DNA of 64,000 nucleotides from the NCBI GenBank assembly GCA_963758525.1, contig CAVWVQ010000003.1, positions 3,840,001 through 3,904,000 on the forward strand. The letters are read 5' to 3'. A program made the translations under genes and the position numbers. The DNA is from an uncultured Phycisphaerales bacterium. GTDB lineage: Bacteria; Planctomycetota; Phycisphaerae; Tepidisphaerales; Tepidisphaeraceae. The notes below the pieces were generated by a model, which saw nothing but the letters and a program-made list of their open reading frames with translations, was not told the DNA's origin and did no database searches. Position 1 is the first letter of the stretch. Each line of letters begins with the position of its first letter. Positions 53,979 through 64,000 of this stretch are shown in pieces.

Positions 53979-56900
53979 TCAGTCCTGCCGACGACGACGG
54001 CGGGCCGTCAGCATCGGCACTACTCCTGCCAGAACCAGCATCATTGTGCCCGGCTCGGGCGTGGCGTTATAGCCGATCTCCAGCGATTGGCTGCCACCCG
54101 GGCTTCCGATGGCTTCCAGGTAGAACGACGAGCCCGACGCCGTCGGATTACTCGCGACGAACGAACTCGTGTCGAGCGTGAACAGGCTGGCAGTGCCGGT
54201 CGGGCTGCCGGAGCTGGTCGTTACGGCCAATGGAGTATTGGGGGTCAGCGAGCCGGTGGCGATGTTGGCGATGACCCAAGTATAGTTGCTGGTGCTGACA
54301 AAGTTCGCGGCTGCTGTCCCAGAGCTGGTGAGCGTGATGGCAAACGTACTTCCCGTGCTGAGGGCACCGGAGTTCAGCGTTCCCATCGAAATGTCATCCC
54401 ACCCGCTGGCATTGCCCGAGGCGCCTGTGGCGTTATTGAGCTTGACGGCATAGGTGCCGCCCGCCGCAAACTGCTCGTCGCCGGTCGTAAGCTTCCCGGT
54501 GACGTTGGTTCCGCCTGTTCCCAGGGAGGTGCTGGTGCCGGCGGAAATCGTGCTGCCGGCGCCGATCAGAACTCCTCCTGCGGTCAAGCCCGTCACCGTG
54601 CCTGTGCCGCCAAGGGCCTGGCCCGCGGGCAAGGGCGATCTGCCCGCTGGTGAGGCTAGTCACGTCGAGCGTAGCACCAGTGCCAACGCTGATCGCCTTT
54701 GACGTTGAGATATTGTTCGTCGAGGCCACAACTGGTTGCAACTTCAGTGTGCCGGCGGCAATCGTGGTCGCAGCGGTATAACTGTTTGCTCCGCTGAGCG
54801 TGACAGTTCCGTTGCCTGCCATGCTGGCATTGGCGTTCGTCCCACCGGTACCGGCGAGCGTGCCTTGGCCTACCGTCAAGTTCCCCGCGCCGCTGATGAC
54901 CCCCGGGACGGTAAGCGTGTTTGTCGCGGTCGCCGCCAGGCCTCCGCCAGGCCCGATCAGGGAAATTGGACGGTTGTTGACGCCCGTTCCATTGTCCAGG
55001 GAGAACGTCCCATTGCCGACAAGGTTGCCGCCCTGCAGGTTCAGGATCGCCGCACTGCCTGGAGCGCCAATGCTGCTGTTGGCGGCGATCATCAGATTGC
55101 CGCCGTCGAGGTACGTCGGGCCTGAGTAGATGCTGGCGGTGGCGGGACTGAACACCACGGTGCCCACGCCGCCGACCGTCACGCCGTTGGTGCTGCTGGT
55201 CTTATTGACGATCTGCACGTTGACGTTCAAGAAGCCCGCCGGATTGTCCTGGATGAACACCAGATCTTTATTCGTCACGCCGGACCGAATGCTGCTGGCT
55301 GCGTTACCGGCGCCAATTGTCGCATTGAACGCGCCGACGTTGCTGGACACGAGAACTGCACTGTTGCCTAACGTCAGCAGCCGTGAGGTGCCTCCGGTGC
55401 CGAGTGTTAACGTTCGGGCGGCTGTGCTGTCGTTGAATCGAACGGAACTTTCACTCTGCGTGGCCGTGTTGCTCACGCTGAAGCTGGCGTCCATGTCAAG
55501 ATTGAGATTGGTGCCGCCGGCATTGGTAGAGGCGGGCGAGTAGAAGCCGGACGTCGCCCCAACAATATTGACGTTTGAGCCATCCTTCAACGCCCAGGTC
55601 GTGCCGCCAACCGTCGCGTAGTAAACACCACTGTCATTCAGCGCCGTACTTGCGGTCCCGGACGTTGTGCCGACGCTTCCGCTCGTCGGCAGCGCAAAAT
55701 TCACCAGTGCCCCGGTGCTTCTCGTGATCGCGCCCAACGTCAGGTTTTCAGCGGCGCCTGGGCTGGTAACGGTAACGGCTGGCCCTCCCGCGGTAATGGC
55801 AGTGCTGAAAAAGGTCTGGGAATTCCCTCCAGAGTTTCCTGCAATCGTCAGATTTCCACCGCCGAGCGTCAGGGCGGAGCTGCTGCTAATGATGCTCGTG
55901 GGATTTGAAACCGAGAAGTCCAGTTTCAGCGTGCCGTTATTCACGGTTGTCGCGCCGGTATATCCGTTTGAAGCCGTAAGTGTCCACGTACTTGAGCCGC
56001 CCTTCGTCAGTGCCGTTGCGCCGCTGCCGCTGTCCACGATAGCGCCGTCCACCTCACCCGTTCCGGCAGCAGACCCTTGGAGAGTGAGCGTCTTGGCCCC
56101 GGCGGTGCCCGCTGTCAGGGCGCTGCTGAACTTGAGCGCTCCCGTGCCGGAATCGTCGATGACTGCGCCACCGGTGGTGCCCGCAGAGATTGATCACTTT
56201 ATTGCTGGTTTCACCGATACCTGTGTAGAGCAACGTTCCGGCCGCGGTGGTCGCCCCCAGATTGATGGTGCCGTTGGTTCCCAGATTGCTGTTCGAAGCG
56301 GAGTTGCCGATGCCGGCGACGCTGACGGAGCTTCCGGACACGCTGACAGCGCCTGTGAAGCTGTTGGCGCCCGTAAGCGTCAGCACCCCGCCCGTGCCGG
56401 TGCCCGAGTTGATCGTAAGGCCTCCGCTGCCGGAGATGGCGCCGCTAATGACTCCGCTGCGCACATCGGCGTAATTGTACCAGTCACGCAGGCCGATGAT
56501 CGCGTTGGTGTTGAGTGTGATGGGTCCCGAAAAATTGCCTCCGTTGCCGTTCTCGAAGCTTAGCACGCTGTTTGTGCCGCCCGACACGGTGATGGCATTC
56601 GGAAGAGCCACGCCAGCGGATCCCTGCACGGCCAGCTCGCCCTGGTTGGCGATGGTAATCGTGCCACCAGCACCGACTGCACCAGCGACCCCATACTCGA
56701 AGATGCCGCCGCTCTGAAGCGTTATGTTGCCGCTAAAGGTGTTCGTCTGCGCCACGCGAAAGTTGCCGGTATTCGCAGTCAGCGTGCCGGTGCCCGTAAG
56801 CGTGAGTGTTCCGCTGCCCAGCAGAGTATTGGAAGTATTAAAGAAATATTGGCCCGTGGTGGTCACGTCAATGGTGCCTCCCGAGGCGCCGATGGTGACC

Positions 56901-57910
56901 GCATGGCTGTCGGTTACAAACGCCGTGGTCTTGAGCGTGCCGCCGTTGAGGGAGACTGCGGCGCTGCTCGCCCCGAGATTGTTGTCCGCAGCGATGGACA
57001 CGGTCCCAAAGAGAATATTTGTGGTTCCCGTGTAACTGTTGGCCCCTGCAAGTACCAACGTTGAAGCGTCCGTAGTGCTGTTGAGCGTGACGGAGCTGAC
57101 GCTGGCGCCCAAATTGCCATTGAGGGTGACCCTTCCGAGGTCGTAGATGTCGCTGATCGCGATGTTTGCGCCCGAAGTCCCAATATCACTGTTGAGCGTT
57201 ACGCCATTCCCCGCCGACTCGATCCCTCTAAACGTCAAATTATGGGCGGCACTCGCATTGCCGGTGCTTCCGGCATTGTTGAGCGTTGTCGATCCCAACG
57301 TTCCAATTGCCAGATTTGACGTGCCGGCGGTGCTGTAGGCGGCGCCAATATCCAGGTCGGTGTTGAACATGGATATGTTCGCGTTCAGCACTGATGTGTT
57401 AATGCTCGCGGACATGCGTATGGCAGCGACGCCTGCATCTCCAAACACATTCGTCCCCAGTCCCGTGCCATCCAAGGTCAGCGTGTGGTAGTTGGACCCG
57501 TCGTACAGGACGTTCCAGTGGGCGCCGCCGGTGGTGACGGCGCCATTGATGACCTCGCCCGCCGTCGCGTCGACATTCAAGGTGACTGCGTCATTCCCGG
57601 CGTTCGCCTGCGTGATGGTGACGATCGCACCGGCTGCGTTCGGGTATGTGGCGCTCTTCCAATCCGTTGAAAGGCTCGTGCTGCTCCAGGAGCCGGTTGT
57701 ATCACCGGTGGTCCAGTTGAAAGTGGCAGCGTGCGCCGAATGGCAGGCCTGAAGAAGCGCGCCCGTGGCCGCCGCAGTGCGGACGAGAGTCTTCCGCCGC
57801 CGGCTCGATCGAGGCGGATTGAGCTTCGGCTGCCGCTTCATGGAAGTCAGTTCAGCGCCTGCGAGTTCGACCTGGTTGGTTCCGATCTGTCGCCTGGAAT
57901 CGCTTGCCAT
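53979..57910 (-). CDS. PEP-CTERM surface protein with autotransporter-associated beta-strand repeats (two frameshifts, near 56188 and 54628)
   Basis: Three consecutive ORFs; repeat motifs; C-terminal TPEPGTMMLVLAG...RRRRR. Confidence 0.88.
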
Positions 57911-58612
57911 GCTTTCGCCTCCGAATGAAGTGCTGCTCGCCGGTCTCCCTCGAAAGCTAAATTGCCACCAGAGCGACGGATTGGACAGGAAATTCATTCC
58001 GCTGCGTTTTTCGCTGTTTGAAGCGGTTGCTCGATGGAGCCGACGAGCTCGAGCGGCCCGTGTTCTGCCACGATGACAGTCGTCAGCTTGCGGTGAACGG
58101 TGACCCTCTACTGAATTTCGGCGACTATTCGTCTGCCGTCCAAATATCCGGTCTGCGGGCGATAGGAGGGTATGTCTTGCCCGTCACCTTTATGTCTTCA
58201 CCGACACACTGGCGACAGCTTTTGCGGAGGATCATGACAGCGGAGTACCGCACTTCGCCGACGCCAAGTGTCGACGCCGAGTATCCGGCGCTCGCCGCCC
58301 GAATCCATCAACGCTTGATCGCGATTCCGAACCTACACGGACAGTTGATTAAGATCACAAAATCCTCCGTGTGATCGTCTTTTGGCTCTCACCGGCGCCC
58401 ATCAGCATAGCAAGGTTGTCACATCTTGTTGTTTTAACAAGCACCTTCCTTCCTCCCTTCGTGCCTTGCGTTGGGTGCAGCCCTCACGGCATTTATCCGC
58501 GGTTCCACCTCTCCCTTCGCTACGTTACACTCCGGGGATTCGTCATCACTTCTTCACCATGCTGTCGGCGACGCCGCTGCTGGTGTGACTGCTTTATCAA
58601 ACAGAAGAAAGG

Positions 58613-58733
58613 GAACCGCAGATGAACGCAAATGAACGCAGATTGAATGAAATCACTGAGAAGATCATGGACGTTAAACGCATTGTACGGAGTCTCTGAT
58701 CAATCTGCGTTCATCGGCGTTTATCAGCGGTTC
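58613..58733 (+). mobile_element. Miniature element: 34-bp inverted repeats around an internally deleted GxxExxY-like gene
   Basis: IRs 58613-58646 and 58700-58733 (30/34 match); ORF 58622-58699 MNANERRLNEITEKIMDVKRIVRSL*. Confidence 0.6.
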
Positions 58734-58908
58734 AATCTCTTTCCCTGCGTTCCGCGGTCAGATTCTTTTCTTTGGGTTGCGGGCGCAGCCAGCGCCGTCA
58801 AATCCGCGGTTGAGAGAACCCTCGTACTGTGCGCGGGCAATCGCGACGCAGCCTGGGTAAAATGCACCTTGCCTCGAACCGCTCACGTCCGACTGGAGTG
58901 CACAACAA

Positions 58909-60068
58909 ATGAAAACCAAGCAGGTTGCGCTGCTGATTGAGACATCCAACGCATATGCCGCGGATTGCTCGCGGGGATCACCGCGTATATTCACGAGCAC
59001 GACGCCTGGTCGATCTTTCTCCCCGAGAGCGGCAGGGGGGATGCTGAGCTGGCCCGGTTGTCGGGATGGAGCGGCGACGGGATCATCGCCCGCATTGAAA
59101 ACCGCAGGATCGCGCGGGCCGTGAGCAAAGCGGGCGCGCCGGTCGTGGATCTGAGCGCGGCTCAACTCTGCAAGGGCGCCGCATGGGTCGAGACAGACGA
59201 TCAGGCGATTGCCCAATTGGCGTTCTCCCATTTGCTCGAGCGAGGGTTCCGGCAGTTGGCCTTCTGCGGGCTCGCCCAATACAACTGGTCCACGCGCCGC
59301 CGCGACCATTTTTCCCGGCTCGCGGCCGAAGCGGGGATTCGTTGCTCCATCTTCATGGCCGCCGGATCGCTCGCGAATGCGGCCGACTGGGCTGGCGATC
59401 AACGTGATCTGGTTCGCTGGGTGCGGGCGCTTCCCAAGCCCGTTGGAATCATGGCCTGTTTCGACCTGAGAGGCCGCCAGCTTCTCGACGCCTGCCGGAC
59501 CGCGGACGTGCGGGTGCCCGATGACGTGGCGGTGGTGGGGGTGGACAACGATCCGATCCTTTGCGAACTGGCGGACCCGCCGCTGTCGAGCGTCGAGCCG
59601 GACACGCACCGCACCGGGTACACCGCCGCCGGGCTGCTGGCGCGCATGATGAACGGTGAAAAAGTGAAGGGCGGAGAGTATCCGGTGGCGCCATTGGGGA
59701 TCGCCGTGCGCCGCTCGACCGATGCGCTGGCGATCGACGATCCGGACGTTTCGGCGGCCGTGCGGTTCATCCGTCAGCATGCCTGTGAAGGAATCAGCGT
59801 GAAGCAATTGCTCGACGAAGTGCCAACCTCGCGTCGCAATCTCGAACGACGCTTTCGCACTCTGCTGGGACACAGCCCTCACGAGGAGATCGTCCGTTGC
59901 CGCGTCGAGCGGGCCCAACAGTTGCTTCAGACCACCGATCTTCCGCTCAAGACCATCGCCAAGCGCATCGGCGTCGCACACGCCGAATACGTGAACGTCA
60001 TCTTCCGCAAACTGACCGGCCAGTCGCCCGGCGCCTACCGGCGGAAATTCCGAAAGCATTCGTCATAG
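58909..60068 (+). CDS. XylR-type regulator (PBP sensor plus AraC HTH); frameshift near 58960
   Basis: VALLIETSNAYA-RGLLAGI, DGIIAR, VPDDVAVVGVDND, RRSTD, SRRNLERRF. Confidence 0.92.
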
Positions 60069-60128
60069 CGCGTTTGGTCCCACCCCGGCGACGGTTTCTC
60101 AATGTCAGCACGACCAACTACACGAAAA

Positions 60129-61382
60129 CAACCACAGAGAATTCAGAGACCCCGGCGCTGCCTCGCTTCGCTCGGCCGCAACCAAAACGAAGAGCCGCGA
60201 AGACGCGAAGAGAGACGCGAAGGTAAGAAAATCAAAAATGCGGGATCGAAGCCCAAGGAAGTGCGCCTTCGGGTTTCAGGTGCAATTGAATTGTCTTCCT
60301 TCGCGTTTGTCTTCGCGGCTTCGCGTCTTCGCGGCTCTTGACCGCGGTTAAATTATCTTCTTTGGGTTGCGGGCGCAGCCAGCGCTGTGTTCTCCGTGGT
60401 TGTCTTTGGCGCCGCGGCAGGAAGACGACTCGGCCCCTACGCTGGATAACTCGCCCACACCGTGATGCAACCACAGAGAATGCAGAGACCCCAGCGCTGC
60501 CTCGCTTCGCTCGGCCGCAACCAAAACGAAGAGCCGCGAAGCCGCGAAGACGCGAAGAGAGACGCGAAGGTAAGAAAATCAAAAATGCGGGATCGAAGCC
60601 CAAGGAAGTGCGCCTTCGGGTTTCAGGTGCAATTGAATTGTCTTCCTTCGCGTTTGTCTTCGCGTCTTCGCGTCTTCGCGGCTCTTGACCGCGGTTAAAT
60701 TTTCTTCTTTGGGTTGCGGGCGCAGCCAGCGCTGTGTTCTCCCGTGGTTATCTTTGGCGCCGCGGCAGGAAGACGACTCGGCCCCTACGCTGGATAATCG
60801 CCCACACCGTGATGCAACCACAGAGAATTCAGAGACCCCGGCGCTGCCTCGCTTCGCTCGGCCGCAACCAAAACGAAGAGCCGCGAAGACGCGAAGACGC
60901 GAAGAGAGACGCGAAGGTAAGAAAATCAAAAATGCGGGATCAAAGCCCAAGGAATTGCGCCTTGGGGTTTCAGGTGCAATTGAATTGTCTTCCTTCGCGT
61001 TTGTCTTCGCGTCTTCGCGTCTTCGCGGCTCTTGACCGCGGTTAAATTTTCTTCTTTGGGTTGCGGGCGCAGCCAGCGCTGTGTTCTCCGTGGTTGTCTT
61101 TGGCGCCGCGGCAGGAAGACGACTCGGCCCCTACGCTGGATAACTCGCCCACACCGTGATGCAACCACAGAGAATGCAGAGACCCCAGCGCTGCCTCGCT
61201 TCGCTCGGCCGCAACCAAAACGAAGAGCCGCGAAGACGCGAAGACGCGAAGAGAGACGCGAAGGTAAGAAAATCAAAAATGCGGGATCGAAGCCCAAGGA
61301 AGTGCGCCTTCGGGTTTCAGGTGCAATTGAATTGTCTTCCTTCGCGTTTGTCTTCGCGGCTTCGCGTCTTCGCGGCTCTTGA
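60129..61382. repeat. About 3.6 tandem copies of a 347-bp nested-palindrome unit
   Basis: Units start caaccacagagaa at 60129, 60468, 60815 and 61162. Confidence 0.93.
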
Positions 61383-61651
61383 TCTTTTGGCTGATCGCCT
61401 GCCCGGGAAAATTTGCGCAGCGGGCGAAGATCTCAATGGGTTGTGGCACAGAGCACACGGTGAATATCCAGTAAAAACGAGAAGATTGACGCAATTGAGC
61501 CAACTGTCTCGATGTGAGTCCGAGCCACCCGCCTGATCGGCAATGACCTTTCGGTCGCACTTTTCGAACGATTGACTGACATTTTGCAACGCGCCAACAC
61601 AGAGGCTCGCCGAACATATACAATGTAACTGGCGGACCACTCAGGAGGACC

Positions 61652-63118
61652 ATGTCGAAAATCACCCGTCGATCGTTTTTGGAGCAGACGCTCTATTCCG
61701 CGGCAGCAGGACTCGCGGCAGCGCAAAGCATCGCCTCCGCACGTGGAGCCGAGCCGGCCACCGCTCCCTCCGCACGCGGCTCGGCCAATGAGCGCGTGGC
61801 CGTTGCTGTGATCGGGTTGCACGCCCGCGGCCTCGCCCATATCCAGGGCTACGCCGACGATCAGAGCGTGGATATCGTCGCCATCTGCGATGTCGACACG
61901 GATCAGTTCGCCAAGCCCCAGCAAATGCTCAAAGATCGCGGCCGCCCGCCGGCGAAGGAGTATCAGGACATCCGCAAGTTGCTCGAAGACAAGGATGTTC
62001 AAGCCGTCTCCATCGCAACGCCTCATCACTGGCACGCCCTGGCCGCGATCTGGGCGATGCAGGCGGGCAAGGACGCCTATGTCGAGAAGCCAGTCAGTCA
62101 TAATATTTCCGAAGGCCGACGCATCGAGCAGGCGCGCGCGAAATACGGCAGGGTCTGTCAGGCAGGAACGCAGACACGCTCCAACCGCGCCGCCCATGAA
62201 GCAATTCAATTCATCCAGGACGGGAAGATCGGAAAGGTTTTGCTCTCCCGCGGACTCTGCTACAAACGCCGACCGAGCATCGGGCACTTTGACGACAGTG
62301 CCGCCCCCAGTTCCCTCAATTACGACATCTGGCTCGGACCTGCCCCCGTCCGGCCATTCAACAAAAACCGCTTCCTCTACAACTGGCACTGGAACTGGGC
62401 CTACGGCAACGGTGACCTCGGCAACCAGGGCATTCACCAGATGGACATCGCCCGCTGGGCTCTGAAGGACCAGACGCTCGCAAGCTCCGTACTCTCCGTC
62501 GGCGGACGTTTCGGATACACCGACGACGGCGAAACCCCCAACACCCAGCTTGCTCTCTACGACTTTGGCGGCGGGCCCCAGATCCTGTTCGAAGTGCGCG
62601 GACTCAAAACTGATTCGCTCCAGGGAGTCATGATCGGCAACATCGTCTACGGCACCGAAGGGATGGTCGCCTTCGGCGTGAAAGACGGCGGCATCGTGCA
62701 CCTCGACAAAGACGGCAAACTCGTCAGCAAGTTCAAGGGCGGCGAGCTGAATCACTTCAGCAACTTCGCCTCCGCCGTCCGCAGCGGCAAGCAGGAAGAC
62801 CTGCACGCCCCGATTCTCGAAGGGCATTACTCCAGCGCCCTCTGCCACATGGGCAACATCTCCTACCGCCTCGGCTCGCCCGAATCGTTTGACGCTGTCA
62901 ACAAGGCCTATTCCGGTAATGAGCCGATGACCGAATCGCTGAAACGCTTCGAGCAGCATCTGGAGAAGAACGCGTTGCAACTTAAAGATCTCCACTGCCA
63001 ATCCGGCCCGGCGCTTGCGTTCGATCCCAAAGCCGAGAACTTCGGATCCAACGCCGCGGCCAATGCGCTGCTGACGAGGGAATACCGGGCACCGTATGTT
63101 GTGCCTGCGGAGTTGTGA
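61652..63118 (+). CDS. Tat-exported Gfo/Idh/MocA oxidoreductase
   Basis: ITRRSFL Tat motif; IATPHHWH, AGKDAYVEKP, WLGPAP, GNQGIHQMD. Confidence 0.93.
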   Translation: MSKITRRSFLEQTLYSAAAGLAAAQSIASARGAEPATAPSARGSANERVAVAVIGLHARGLAHIQGYADDQSVDIVAICDVDTDQFAKPQQMLKDRGRPPAKEYQDIRKLLEDKDVQAVSIATPHHWHALAAIWAMQAGKDAYVEKPVSHNISEGRRIEQARAKYGRVCQAGTQTRSNRAAHEAIQFIQDGKIGKVLLSRGLCYKRRPSIGHFDDSAAPSSLNYDIWLGPAPVRPFNKNRFLYNWHWNWAYGNGDLGNQGIHQMDIARWALKDQTLASSVLSVGGRFGYTDDGETPNTQLALYDFGGGPQILFEVRGLKTDSLQGVMIGNIVYGTEGMVAFGVKDGGIVHLDKDGKLVSKFKGGELNHFSNFASAVRSGKQEDLHAPILEGHYSSALCHMGNISYRLGSPESFDAVNKAYSGNEPMTESLKRFEQHLEKNALQLKDLHCQSGPALAFDPKAENFGSNAAANALLTREYRAPYVVPAEL

Positions 63119-63285
63119 GTGACGGGATAATACGGAGGCTCTCTCAGATTCCTGGGAAGAACTCTCGCTTCCTCGCGCGATGTCTCCGTGTGTGTAGCCG
63201 CCGAGCTTGCTCGCGGTTTTCCCTGCGGGAATAGTCTGGATATCAGACGATGTTGTCCCAGTGATTTGCCTGTATAAGCGATGCC

Positions 63286-64000
63286 GTGAAGACCACGCGC
63301 ACGCAAACCGCCGGCGGCTTTCCCGATCTTTCCCGCCGAAGCTCCGGCGTGCTTCTGCATGTCACTTCGCTGCCTGGCCGATTCGGCATCGGCGATCTCG
63401 GACCCGCGGCTCACCAATGGGTCGACATGCTCAGCGCCGCGGGCCAGCGCTGGTGGCAAATGCTGCCGCTGGGGCCCACGGGGGATACCACGTCACCGTA
63501 TCAATGCCTCTCCTCCTTTGCCGGCAATCCGCTGCTGATCAGCCCCGAAGAATTGGTGAAAGACGGCTTGCTCGCGGCGTCTGATCTGCGCGGATTCTCG
63601 CTGCCGCCGGGAAAGACCGATTATGGGCGGGTCACGCGAAAGAAGTGGGCGCTGCTCGCTGTTGCGCATGATCGGTTTCAACGTCGGCGCGTCAAACGCC
63701 TCACCGAAGAGCTGCGCGAATTCGAGGAGCAGCAGTCGGGATGGCTCGCCGATTTTGCGCTGTTCATGGCGCTTCGCGAAGCGCATTCGTGTCAACCCTG
63801 GGAGCGATGGCCGCGCCCGCTCCTGCGCCGACAACCGGCGGCGCTCCGCGAGGCTCAGCGGGAGCTTGCCGGCTCAATCGATCTGCAAACGTTCGCGCAG
63901 TTCATCTTCTTCCGCCAGCTTCGATCGCTTCGGGCCCACGCACGTTCCGCCGGCATTGCGCTGATCGGCGATATGCCCATTTTTGTCGCCCCCGAATCCG
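63286..64000 (+). CDS. malQ: 4-alpha-glucanotransferase (GH77), 5' part
   Basis: RSSGVLLHVTSLPG..GIGDLG, WQMLPLGPT, SPYQCLSSFAGNPLLIS, LIGDMPIFVA. Confidence 0.93.
   Translation, partial: MKTTRTQTAGGFPDLSRRSSGVLLHVTSLPGRFGIGDLGPAAHQWVDMLSAAGQRWWQMLPLGPTGDTTSPYQCLSSFAGNPLLISPEELVKDGLLAASDLRGFSLPPGKTDYGRVTRKKWALLAVAHDRFQRRRVKRLTEELREFEEQQSGWLADFALFMALREAHSCQPWERWPRPLLRRQPAALREAQRELAGSIDLQTFAQFIFFRQLRSLRAHARSAGIALIGDMPIFVAPES

Noticed and set aside
58770..60186. Composite transposon carrying xylR between inverted ttggttgcgg-like motifs
   Set aside because: Each motif is better explained as part of its own local palindromic element; no target duplication or transposase seen.
60129..61382. CRISPR array
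   Set aside because: Units are 347 bp and nearly identical throughout; no unique spacers and no cas genes in the window.
61433..63001. Long antisense ORFs (also 44553..46133, 58758..60059, 14347..15378, 17082..18161)
   Set aside because: Shadow frames of well-supported genes, common at high GC.
1..64000. tRNA or rRNA genes
   Set aside because: None recognised by eye; tRNAscan-SE or Infernal would be needed to exclude them.

Overview
High-GC bacterial DNA, most likely a planctomycete of the Phycisphaerae/Tepidisphaera type. This is inferred from DUF1559-type prepilin genes, PEP-CTERM proteins, ECF/FecR pairs and a CxxCGYDLRATPDRCPECG-family protein. Left to right: the 5' part of a chemotaxis operon (cheA-cheW-MCP-cheR), a repeat-rich spacer, two carbohydrate-utilisation clusters (GH43/GH3/alginate-lyase-like; pectin/rhamnogalacturonan with CE8, 2x GH28, ExuT-like MFS, GH2, GH115, 2x CE12, PL4), higBA, an XylR-type regulator, a 347-bp tandem repeat, a Tat oxidoreductase and the start of malQ. 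The most striking feature is a 1,695-bp IS110/IS1111-family element inserted exactly at the Gly-Phe prepilin cleavage codons of a DUF1559 gene. Its non-coding end carries four guide-like segments that match its own junctions and the G-F-T-L codons. Its other end rebuilds a basic prepilin leader, and the host reading frame stays open across the whole element. About 15 genes are broken by small indels that look like long-read consensus errors. All assignments are by eye from motifs; no database search was run.
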